Assembly: GCF_018350175.1 (NCBI RefSeq)
Contig: NC_058383.1
Coordinates: forward strand, 20,524,001 to 20,588,000
Direction: 5' to 3'
Source: Felis catus
Taxonomy: Eukaryota
DNA: 64,000 bases
In this document: positions 35,173-45,839 of the stretch, one piece after another
Layout of the letters: the number at the start of each line of letters is the position of its first letter
Numbering within the stretch: the first letter of the stretch is position 1
Made by a program: the position numbers and the translations under genes
Notes under the pieces: model-generated
Databases searched by the model: none
Told to the model about the DNA's origin: nothing
What the model saw: the letters and a program-made list of their open reading frames with translations, nothing else

Positions 35173-35790
35173 GGGGTGCCTGGCTAGCTCCGCTGGTGGA
35201 GCGTGTGACTTCCGATCTTGGGGTTGTAAGTTCGAATCCCACACTGGGTGTAGAGATGACTTAAAAATAAAATCTTTAGGGGGGCGCCTGGGTGGCTCAG
35301 TGGGTTAAGCGTCCGACTTCAGCTCAGGTCACGATCTCACGGTCTGTGAGTTCGAGCCCTGCATCGGGCTCTGGGCTGATGATGGCCCAGAGCCTGGAGC
35401 CTGCTTCCGATTCTGTGTCTCCCTCTCTCTCTGACCCTCCCCTGTTCATGCTCTGTCTCTCTCTGTCTCAAAAATAAATAAACGTTAAAAAAATTTTTTT
35501 TAAATAAAAAAAAAAATAAATAAAATCTTTAGGGGCGCCTGGGTGGCTCAGTCAGTTAAGCGTCCGACTTCGGCTCACGTCAGGTCATGATCTCACGGTT
35601 CATGATTTCGAGCCCACGTCGGGCTCTGTGCTGACAGCTCAGAGCCTGGAACCTGCTTCAGATTCTGTGTCCCCCTCTCTCTCTGCCCCTCCCCCGCTCA
35701 TGTGCATGCGCGCACACACGCGCGCTCTCTCTCTCTCAAAAATAAACATTTAAAAAATTATAAATAAGTAAAGTCTTTAAAAAAGAAAAG
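35173..35790 (+). mobile_element. Short tRNA-Lys-like carnivore SINE (35173-35278) with two Can-SINEs (35281-35517, 35532-35760) in its tail
   Basis: tRNA-Lys-like head followed by agagatgacttaaaaataaaatcttta; TSD aaataaaatctttagg at 35265-35280 and 35518-35533. Confidence 0.9.
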
Positions 35791-36039
35791 AATGAACAGA
35801 ATGTTGCAGATTAGAAAGTATGAAGCTCTATGCATCTGTGGTTCCTACAGGTAAGGCTTAAGTAGTGAATAAATTTTTTTGCATGAGGGATAATAAAGCT
35901 GAATCACTCAGTCAACCAATTTATCAAAAGCAACGATCTCATCATACAGGAAAATGCAATGTGTACAAATCTCCTTGATCGTGTATTGAACCCTTCCCCC
36001 ATCTTTGAAAGGTGTTTCTTTTCATTTTTATATGAAGTT

Positions 36040-37012
36040 TTTTATTAAGGTAAAATTCGTATCATATGCAATTAACCTTTTTTTTTTAAGTTTATTTATT
36101 TTGAGAGACAGAGAGAGTGGGGGAGGAGCAGAGAGAAGGAGAGAGAGAATCCCAAGCAGGCTCCAAGCTGTCAGCACGAAGCCTGATGCATGGCTCAAAC
36201 TCAGAAACCATGAGAGCTTGACCTGAGCTGAAGTCTGATGCTTCCCCGACAGAACTACCCAGAAGCCCCTCAATTAACCTCTTCAGAGTGTGTGATCCAG
36301 TGGTAATTAGCATGTCCACAATGCTGGGCAACTGCCAGTTCTCACTTTCAAAACATTTTCATCACCCATGCAAACATCCTATACTCATTAGGTAACCACT
36401 CCCCACTCTTCCCTGCCCTCATCCCCCTGGTACCTTCTCAGCCACCTTCTCCCCATGGACCTGCCTAAGGGTTTATTCTCTAGAATATATAAGGAACTCC
36501 TACAACCCAACAACAAAAAGACAAACAGCCCAACTTTAAAAATGGGCGATGGACTTGAACAGACATTTCTCCAAAGATCCATGAAAGGCCAATAAGGTCA
36601 CGAAAGGCGGTTCAAAGGCCATTGATTAAGGAAACACAAATCAAACACAATGAGATACAACTTCACACCAACTACAATGTCTTTAATTTTTTTTTTAAAA
36701 AATTAGAAACTAGGAAGCGTTTATAAGGATGTGAAGAAATGGGAACCTTTGTACATTGCTGGTGGGAATATTAAAAGTGCAGAGAAAACAGTCTGTTAGC
36801 TCCTCCAAACCGTTAGCATACGTTTAACTATGTGACCCAGCCCTTTCATTCCTGAGTATATTCCCAAGAGAAATGAAAACATATGCCCACACAGGAACTT
36901 CACGTTAATTTTTAGGCTAATGTTATTCGTAACACCCAATTGTGGGGAAACAGCCCAAATGTCCACCAATAGATGGACGGAGAAACAAATTGTTGTATAT
37001 CCATACAATGGA
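36040..37012 (-). mobile_element. L1MB-like element with 5' inversion (36040-36466 minus, 36467-37012 plus); Can-SINE nested at 36079-36269
   Basis: Antisense L1 3'UTR switches at atggacctgcct|aagggttta to sense ORF2-end text running to catacaatggaa; SINE TSD caattaacct at 36069-36078 and 36271-36280. Confidence 0.8.
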
Positions 37013-37300
37013 ACATCTTCATTTTTAAAGATAAATCCCAGAAACTGTTTTTTCTTTGACTGTATTTCTCTTTCCTTGACTGACTCTGTGACTCTCAGAT
37101 ACTTAATTGCAAAATAAGGCTTGTTTCACTGTAACTTTCAATACGGCACTCTTCAAATCAAGTATATATTTATTTGCAACTAAAGCGAATGGCAATGCTT
37201 TTGACAACCTCAGTACACTTTGGTTGACATTTTCTTTCCTGAGTTACAGTTCCATTACTGTTATTAACCATAGCGGCAATATATTTAGAAGATAACCTTA

Positions 37301-37422
37301 ATGGACCTGCCTCAGGGTTTAATATCTAGAATATATAAAGAACGCTTACAACTCCACAACAAAGAGCCAAACAACTCAATTTACAAGACGGCCAAAGGAC
37401 TTGAAGAGACATTTCTCCAAAG
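37301..37422 (+). repeat. 122-bp diverged direct copy of 36455-36576
   Basis: Ungapped alignment, 21 mismatches in 122 by manual count. Confidence 0.85.
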
Positions 37423-38249
37423 GTCTCCAGTCACAGACCAGAATGCCTCTCCCCGTTTCCCGTAGAGATTGTCCTATTATAGGATGGAACACAGGGGCCA
37501 CTTAGTCCTTGTGTATCTGGAACTCAGTCATGCCTCCCAGGTCCTGCATCATCTAGTGCTTGAGTGGATTACAAACTGGAAATGAGTCTACAAACTCATC
37601 TGTCTCTCTCTAGCCTTTGTTTAGTCTACTCCAATCCCAGGGGTTCCCAGGTCAACACACACTCAGATTCATTGCATTCACTCATTTTGCATCTTCCAGC
37701 AATGTCTTTCCTCTGGCTAGTCCCATGCTTCCCTCCCTGTAGTCGGGTCTCGGTTTCTTTACAAACTCAAGGGATTCTTCTCTGATTGCCTTCTGTGCCA
37801 TGGCCTCCATGCCAGGTCATTGGCCTTCACATCCTTTTGTCTAATTCCCAGCAGCATAATGAAACTTACACTCTCTCCAAATACCTTGTGCTTTCCTCTG
37901 TTTTCTCCTTTCCTTCCCTGCCCCTCCACACCTGAATGTGTGCTCCAGAGGGGGCCACAAACTCCTTTTGCTGGTCTATCTCCAGGGTCATAATAGTTGC
38001 TGGCACACAAGCATGTCCCTGAGAAATATTTGTTGAATTGATAAGATACTAATGCTACCACTCCTCTGTGGACATTACTTGGAGCCTAGGGATTCTGGAA
38101 GGCTTCCCTAATGAGATGGCATTTGATCTGAGCCTCCGCAGAAGAATAGAATTTGTTGGGTAGGTGCAACTGCAAACACCCAGTAGAGGAAATTAGCACT
38201 GATAAGTATCTGAAGAGGATGGAGAAGCTCCAGGCATTTTGAGTGTGGC

Positions 38250-38465
38250 AACTGACACGCACCAAACAATATGCTAAGCACTTTACCAACATCCTCTCAA
38301 TTAATCCTTATAACAACATTACAAACGTGCTAACATTGTCGCTACCATTTTCTAAAGGAGGAAACAGACTCTCAGACTGAAAAGAAAGACCTTGTACGAA
38401 GGGGCACAGTGGTTAATGGGTCAGGGGTGGGATTCAAACCCGGTGCTCTCAGGCGCTACGCTCTA
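38250..38465 (-). mobile_element. MIR within L2 fragments (~37800-38850)
   Basis: ccattttctaaaggaggaaacagactctcagactg…gggattcaaacccgg. Confidence 0.75.
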
Positions 38466-39164
38466 TTCGTATAGTGTTCAGAAAAAGCAAGAGGGGACGG
38501 TGGAAAGGGGGAGGGGCTGTGTGGTGGGAGCCTTTATATGCCAAGACAAAAAGCCTGAATTCAATTCTATCAGGATTGGGGGTCCTTCTGAGGTGAGCAA
38601 AACCTACCCAGATTTACAGGTGAGGCGGGAAGAGATAAAGTGAAGGTATGAAAAAAATTAGAAAGTCTGGAACATAAATAATGAACATTTTGACCAAAAT
38701 AGTGGTCCTAGAGATACAGAGGAGAGAATGAATTCCTGTGATTTGGGGGAAGGACGGTTACAAACATTAAGAGGATTCAATAGCTAGTTGGATACATGGG
38801 AAAATGGGTTCCTTAAGAGAGAGAAATGAAGATGTTCAGACGCTAAGAACCAGATTTTAACGCCCAGCAAGTCTGGCTACCCCTCTTTGTGAAAGGCAGA
38901 GCCAACTGTCACAGGTCAAGAGGAGTCTGGCAAACCGGTTAGTTCTACTCGGTGAGAAGTGCCGTCCACACACTCGTTCGAAGCACACTCCTTCCCCCGC
39001 CTCACTTCCCACGCTCGATTAGTCACTCAACATCCAGCCTTTTCCACCTCCACTACGGAAACTTCCATGAGTTTCCCAATCAATAAGATGACGTATGAGA
39101 ACCTGTATGATCTCTGCATCGGACTCTGGCAAGCTCTCCAGCTAATCTTGATCTTGTGTGTTTT

Positions 39165-40830
39165 GGTATAATTGAAAAGTTTTTAGAGAAGTTGCCAGAA
39201 TGATACGTGGAACGCTCATATTCTTCCCTCTCTTTCCTCAATTATTTCCATTTTTCCCATTTGATTCATCATTTTTGATAGATAGATAGGCAGATGACTA
39301 GATAGACAGATGATAGGTAGATAGATGGATGGATAGATAGATATAGACAGACAGATGGAGGACAGACATACAGATATTTTTTTCTGAGACATAATGTGCA
39401 TTTTCAGTGTGGATCTCTAAGAACAAGAACATTCTCTTACATAACAGATCATCAAAATCGGAAATTTTAACACCGATTCAATACTATTATCTCATCCGCA
39501 AGCCATATTCAAAACTTGCCAATGGCGTTAACAATATCCTCTTAAGCTGTTTTTATTTTCCAGCCCAGGATCCAATCCAGCATCACGCATGGCCTTCAGG
39601 TGTCACGTCTCGTTCAGTGTCCCTTTCATCAAGAGCAGCTCCGTCCCTTTCTTTGGTCCTTATTTGGCCTTGGCATTTTTGAAGAGTGCAGGCAAGTTAT
39701 TCTGTAGAATGTGTTTCAGTGCGAGGTTTCCTGATGTTTCCTCATGACTGGATTTAGTTAAGAGTGGTGTCAGATAAAAAAATTTTTTCTTAAACATCAA
39801 AAAAAAAAGGGGGGGTGTCTGGGTGGCTCAGTTGGTTAAGCGTCCAACTCTTGATTTTGGTTCTTTCGGTTCGTGAGTTTGAGCCCTGCGTTGGGCTCTC
39901 TGTGCTATCAGCTCAGAGCCTAGAGCCTGCTTTAGATTCTGTCTCCTTCTCTCTGCTCCTCCCACGCTCGTGCTCTGTCTGTCTCTCTCTCTCTCTCAAA
40001 AATAAATAAACATTAAAAAAAATTTTTAAATGGGGTCCCTGGGTGGCTCAGTCAGTTAAGTGTCCTACTTCAGCTCGGGTCATGATCTCACAATTCGTGA
40101 GTTCAAGCCCCACGTCGGGCTCTGTGCTGACAGCTCAGAGCCTGGAGCCCACTTTGGACTCTGTGTCTCGCTTTCTCTCTGCTCCTCCCCTGCTCACGCT
40201 CTGTCGCTCTCTTTTTCAAAAATAAGTAAATATTCAAAAAAAATTTTTTTAAGACATTAAAAAAAAAAAGTACCGGCAGGAGTCCATAGTGAGGATGTTG
40301 TGTTCTTCTCAGTGCATCACGTCAAGAGGCCCATGATGTCAGGTTGCCCAGATTATCTGCGAAATTGACTTGGACCAACTAGTTAATACATCATCACTAA
40401 GCTTCTCCGCTGTACACTTTCTCATTCCCCTTTTGTTATTAATAAGTATCTTCTGATAAGATGTAGAAATATGTTGCTCCCCATAAAACTGTTCACCCAC
40501 CAATTTCATAGTCCACTGAAAGCTTTCTAATGCCACAATTGCTCCTACTTTTCCAGTGGCATTCTTCTATAGGAAGGAGCTACCCTTCCTCCAGGGTTTA
40601 TTTACGTCTTTATTCTTCAGTCTATGACATAATTGAAGTGCTGATTTCTATTTCATTTGATGGGCTAGAATTTATTTCTATCATTATTTATCTCGACAAT
40701 CAAATCGTCCCTGATCTGGCCAGGGGCTGCTGCTGACCCTCCAGGCTCACTCCTTGTCCTTTCAACACGTCCCTATCATTCTAGGCAAGTTACTGCTAGC
40801 AGGCATAGAATGTTCCAGGCTGCTCTTCAC
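39165..40830 (-). mobile_element. Old L1 (L1MC/ME-like) 3'UTR with (GATA)n-like tract at 39277-39372 and two + strand Can-SINEs (39809-40030, 40032-40252)
   Basis: ctaagaacaagaacattctcttacataac; gcccaggatccaatccagcatcacgcat; SINE heads and tails. Confidence 0.75.
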
Positions 40831-41305
40831 ACTTGTCTGTAAGACAATCTCTTGTCCACTCATACTGGACTACTTTCCATTCTCTAAGAACTATGAAATC
40901 TTCCTTCTGCTTTAGGGCTCTGGGACACGTTTGCTCAGCCACCTGAATCATTTTCCTCCCATGATGCCAGCCGACACATAGCAGGTGCGCGACAGAGGCA
41001 GGTGACTCAATGAATATAAAGAGTGAAAAAGTGAGCAGATTTCTATGTAAGTTTAAAGGTCAGCAATACAGACGCAGGAGTAGCAATTACAGTTAAGCGG
41101 CAGGATTCTGCTCCGTGCACGTGGGACTTGGGAAGGTATTCAGGCAGGTGCTTGTGACCTCTTACCAGCGATGTCACAGAGAGGAACCTTCTTCTGTGGG
41201 AAAGGAAAGGAAGGAGCAAGATGGCCTCTGCGGTCTCTTCCTATTCTGAGAACGTATCACTTCAGGATTCTATAAAATATGCTTGGGCAGACACATTTCT
41301 GGATA

Positions 41306-41685
41306 CAACTGGCCCTTGAAAATGTGGGTTTAGGGGCCCATACACACAGTCGAAAATCCGCCTATCACTTTGGACTCCCCCAAAACTCAACCACTAAGCG
41401 TCTGCAGTTGACCTGAAGTCCTGCCAGCAACAGTTGATTAACACGTGTTTTGTAGGTTATATGTAGTATACTACGTTCTTACAGTAAAGCAAGTAAGAGA
41501 AAGGAAAATTTTAGTAAGAAAATCATAAGGGGGCACCTAGGTGGCTCCTAGGAGTCGATGGAGTGTCAGACTCTTGGTTTTGGCTCAGGTCATGATCTCG
41601 TGGTTCATGGGATCAAACCCTGCGTTGGGCTCCATGCTAATGGTGTGGAGCTTCCTTGGGATTCTCCTCTGAATATATATATATG

Positions 41686-41722
<37 letters not shown>

Positions 41723-41915
41723 GTGTATGTGTATATGTATATATACACACACACATATATATACATGTGTATATACACATACACACACACACATATAAAG
41801 AAAATCATAAAGAAGAAGACATACATTTACATTACTGTAGAGTTTTTATAACAAAAAAAATCCACACGCAGGCGGACCCGGGCAGTTCAAACCTATGTTG
41901 TTCCAGGGTCAGCTG
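41306..41915. mobile_element. Tigger2a-like Tc1/mariner MITE with nested Can-SINE (41529-41797)
   Basis: TA + caactggcccttgaa … ttccagggtcagctg + TA (inverted termini, TA TSD); SINE TSD aagaaaatcataa at 41516-41528 and 41798-41810. Confidence 0.88.
41672..41796. repeat. (TATATG)n/(TA)n/(CA)n compound microsatellite
   Basis: Direct reading. Confidence 0.95.
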
Positions 41916-42269
41916 TATTCTGGATCCCAGCACGTGGGTGGATTTCGGCCTTCCCTTCTCTTCAGCACTTTCAGAAACCACAATTCCTGGGAAGCTGATG
42001 ACTTTAGATGCCAATGCTCCCGTCAAGGTGGTCGTCAGCAGGAGGGATTACAAGCACACCCAGGAAAAACTCAGTTGCGGCCATATTTTCTGTCCATATC
42101 ACTGGAAGGCATCCGTACAGGCACTTGCCACACCGAGGAGGGATCCGAACCCTAACAAGCTTTTGCCCTCGCGATCAGAGTGGTACTACGGATAACTGGA
42201 CCAGTGGCTGGCAAAGTGGGAATGTGCTAGAGATTTCGAAGTGCTGGTTAAGAAATAGGGCTGGGTTAA

Positions 42270-42640
42270 GACGGGCGTCCTAGCTCGACTGTCTAACAGG
42301 TGTGGGAAATTTATGAAACGCCAACCCAGACGGCTCGGTTTCCTCATCTACAAAATGGGGACATAAAACCATCTATAGGGAAGGCAGGATTAAATGAGAT
42401 AGTATGAGCAAAACAGCTGACAAAGGCAAGACACAGAGTAATTGCTAAATACCTAAATGGTTGCTGTTGTTCTAGAAATGGCATCAAGCAAGTGACTTCA
42501 GCCCCTTGAGCCTTCCTCTCTGTAAGTATGACACCGAATGATAATTAAACTGATCTCAGACGGTTTGGGTGAGGTTTACTGCACGGTGGCACCTGTAAAT
42601 TCCTAGCGTACTGACATGTTCTAACTAAACGCTCTGATAT
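42270..42640 (+). mobile_element. Two MIR fragments
   Basis: ctcggtttcctcatctacaaaatggggaca…ggattaaatgagata; gcaagtgacttcagccccttgagcct. Confidence 0.7.
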
Positions 42641-43449
42641 GTTGGTTAAAATTTAATCTGATATGTAGCAATTGATACAAGAAGGAAAGTGAAAATTGTA
42701 GCAATCCAATGTTCTTTTAATTAAATTCTCAGCCCAAACAATGGCAAAGTATAATTTCTTTTTTTCGCACAGCCTTTCCATTTACACATTTACTCCAGAC
42801 AGGACTTAATTGAAAAATACCTCTTCCTATTTGGTTTCTAAAATATGAAAGTAGCTAAAAAGGTTGTGACATTTTAAAATATTTCATGTCTGGCTGCGGA
42901 AATATCTTTCCATGCAAAATGCTTTGGGTCTCTTGTTTCCACTGATGAGACTGTATGGGTGACAGAAATGGCTTTTGTGACAAGTCTAGGATTGACTTGT
43001 CCTAGCCTACTGCTTTTTTATTTCCTGGGCTCCCTCTGTCCACACACAGTGCCCTGGATAATTCAGTGGACAACTCGCAATTATGCTTCAGGCCTGTACA
43101 GCTTAGGCACCGTAAGCACTCTGCGTCTGAAGTCCTCCCCTCGTCCTCTCTGTCATTTTATGTGACTTGTCATCCATCTGGGGTGCCCCTCCTTCTGCCA
43201 CCTGGCTCCGCTCTGCCCTCGAAAACGCCTACCCGGCTTCAGATGCAACCTCAAACAACTAACAGTCTCCCCATGGCTTATCGACGGCATTTTTTAGGAA
43301 ACGCATTTCGAGTATCCTGTTTGAAAGGGCGGGACAGGCCGGCAGAATTGCCCAGAGCAGCGAAAGCTAACTTAACCATGTACACAATAGGAAGTCAGTG
43401 ACAATGTGTAAAGTTGATACGTCAAAAATAAAAATAATAATAATAATAT

Positions 43450-43680
43450 GGGAGCCTGGGTGGCTCAGTCAGTTGACCATCTGACTTTAGCTCGGGTCAC
43501 GATCTCGTGGTTCGGGAGTTCGAGCCCCCGCGTCAGGCACTGTGCTGACAGGTCAGAGCCTGGAGCCTGCTTCGGATTCTGGGTCTCCCTCTCTCTCTGC
43601 CCCTCCCCAACCCGTGCTCTGTCTCTCCCTCTCTCTCGAAGATAAATAAACAGTAAAATAAAATAAAATAAAATAAAATA
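43450..43680 (+). mobile_element. Can-SINE with (TAAAA)n tail
   Basis: Head, (CT)n, patterned tail. Confidence 0.92.
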
Positions 43681-43880
43681 GAATGAGATTATAGAATCTT
43701 ATATATAGATTATATATATAGATTATATATAGATTCTTATATACAGATTATATATAGATTATATATATAATCTATATATATAGATTATAATTTTAAAATT
43801 ATAATTTTAAAATATGGATGTAACCACCAAGTCAGCTAAGAATGATATGGTTAAAAGCAGACACAAAAGTGGGGGTAAGA

Positions 43881-43990
43881 GGGGCACCTGGCTGGCTCAG
43901 TCTGTAACGTACGTGACTCTAGATCTCAGAGTTGTGAGTTCAACTCCCCACACTGGGTGCAGAGATAACTTAAAAAATTAAAACAAAATG
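43881..43990 (+). mobile_element. Short tRNA-Lys-like carnivore SINE
   Basis: ggggcacctggctggctcagtc…gagttcaactccccacactgggtgcagagataacttaaaaa; same type as 35173-35278. Confidence 0.85.
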
Positions 43991-44066
43991 TTAATGGAGG
44001 AAAGATTTACCACGTGGTTATTGGTTTTTTTTTTATTATGGGCTATCCTAGTATCTTATACGTTTT

Positions 44067-44286
44067 TTTTTTTAATTTTTTTTTTCAACGTTTATTTATT
44101 TTTGGGACAGAGAGACAGAGCATGAACGGGGGAGGGGCAGAGAGAGAGGGAGACACAGAATCGGAAACAGGCTCCAGGCTCCGAGCCATCAGCCCAGAGC
44201 CTGACGCGGGGCTCGAACTCACGGACTGCGAGATCGTGACCTGGCTGAAGTCGGACGCTTAACCGACTGCGCCACCCAGGCGCCCC
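44067..44286 (-). mobile_element. Young Can-SINE
   Basis: TSD tcttatacgtttt at 44054-44066 and 44287-44299. Confidence 0.96.
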
Positions 44287-44340
44287 TCTTATACGTTTTA
44301 AAGTCCATATTCACATATTATTCCCATGAGATAAATTAAA

Positions 44341-44986
44341 TTTTTTTTTAGGTTTTTATTTAAATTCCAGTTAGTTAACATACAGTGTAATTTTGGTTTC
44401 AGGTGTGGAATCTAATGATTCAGCACTTCCATCCAACCCCCCCATGACCTTCATACAAATGCCGTCCTCAGTCCGCATCACCTATTTCCCCCATCCTTCC
44501 ACCTCCTTCCCCTCTGGTAACCATCAGTTTGCTCTCTGCAGTTGAGTCTCTTTCTTGGCTTGCTTCTTTCTTTTTCCCCCTAGGTTGCTTGTTTTATTTC
44601 TTTTTTTTTAATTCATTTTAAGAGAAAGAGAGAGAGAGAGAGCACGCGCGCATGAGCAGGGGAAGGGCAGAGAGAGGGAGACACAGACTCCGAAGCAGCT
44701 TCCACAGCCCAACACCGGGCTCGAACCCACACACCGCGAGATCATGACCTGAGCCGAAACCCAGAGGTGGACGCTCAACCAAGTGGGCCACCCAGGCACC
44801 CCAACTTGTTTTGATTCTTAAATGCCACCAATGGGTGAAATCATATGGCATTTCTCTTTCTCACACAGACTTATTTCGCTTAGCATTCTACTCTCTGGCT
44901 CCATCCACATCATTGCAAATGGCCATCTTTTTCACGGCTAAGTGATATTCTGCCGTGTATATGTACACATGTTCTTGATCCATTCG
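44341..44986 (-). mobile_element. Carnivore L1 3' end with nested Can-SINE (44603-44802)
   Basis: Same antisense L1 3'UTR as 356-1092; SINE flanked by cttgttttatttctt / cttgttttgattctt. Confidence 0.9.
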
Positions 44987-45264
44987 ATCAAGTAAATTAA
45001 ATCACTTCTCTCATGTCCCTGCATAGTCATTCTTGGCCGTCACTGGGATCCCCAGATATTATACCACATTGGTTATAATTATGGTTTCATGACTATTACA
45101 TGTAGCTTGTCATCAAACTGTGACTGCCTCGTGGCTAGGTCCTATCAATAGGTCCAGTACAGTAAATATGCAGAAAAAGCTTGTTGAATGGATCGCAGGT
45201 TCCTGGGGTTATGGAAAGGAAGTAAAGCTAATATATGCCTTACATTTAGAAGTTCACTAAGTCA

Positions 45265-45433
45265 GAGGCACTGGAGTGGCTCAGTCAGCTCAGCGGCTGA
45301 CTCCTGATTTTGGCTCTGGTCATGATCTCATGGCCCATGGGATCGAGCCCCATATAGGGCTCTGCAGGGACAGCATGCAGCCTGCTTGGGGTTCTCTCTG
45401 TTCCTCTCTCTCTGCCCTTCTCTCTCCCTCTCA
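45265..45433 (+). mobile_element. Diverged Can-SINE
   Basis: gtggctcagtcag…gactcctgattttggctctggtcatgatctc…(CT)n. Confidence 0.85.
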
Positions 45434-45839
45434 GAACAGAACATACTTACTTGCAATAAGGAAACAAAAGAAGGGTCTCTCGGTTAGGCTGAACATTCTG
45501 GTCTTACCGAGGCATAAGGTCTCTGGACAGAGACCAGATGCTTCCTGAGTCGGAGCCACAGAGATTCAGGAACCATACCCCAGTGAAGCAAATCTGAACA
45601 ATGCATCATTCCGGAAATGTTGGAAAGGCAGGGTCTGCCGTGGGCAGTGGTCTGAGGCACAACACGAAGGCCATTCACAAGCAAAGGGGGTAGGGAAACT
45701 GTTTACTGCTGTGGGCGCTGTTACTCCTTCTATCAAAGGGAAACACGTGGATGCCCCTTTCCTGCCAGCTCCTATCCCATTTCTCTGGTCTCTTTGGCGG
45801 GAAAATAGAGAATTTTCTACATTTTCTCTTCTCTTTATC

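Noticed and set aside
35173..35250. tRNA-Lys-like gene (also 43881-43958)
   Set aside because: The anticodon arm and stems are degenerate, and both have an extra 5' GGGG and a SINE-type A-rich tail; they are tRNA-derived SINEs.
26856..35790. Repeat-spacer or CRISPR-like arrangement of repeated units
   Set aside because: The repeats are ~200-bp SINEs with TSDs at irregular spacing in a mammalian genome; there are no short regular repeats or cas genes.
41656..42195. 179-aa ORF with YV/HI repeats
   Set aside because: Read-through of a microsatellite and a Tigger2-like MITE.
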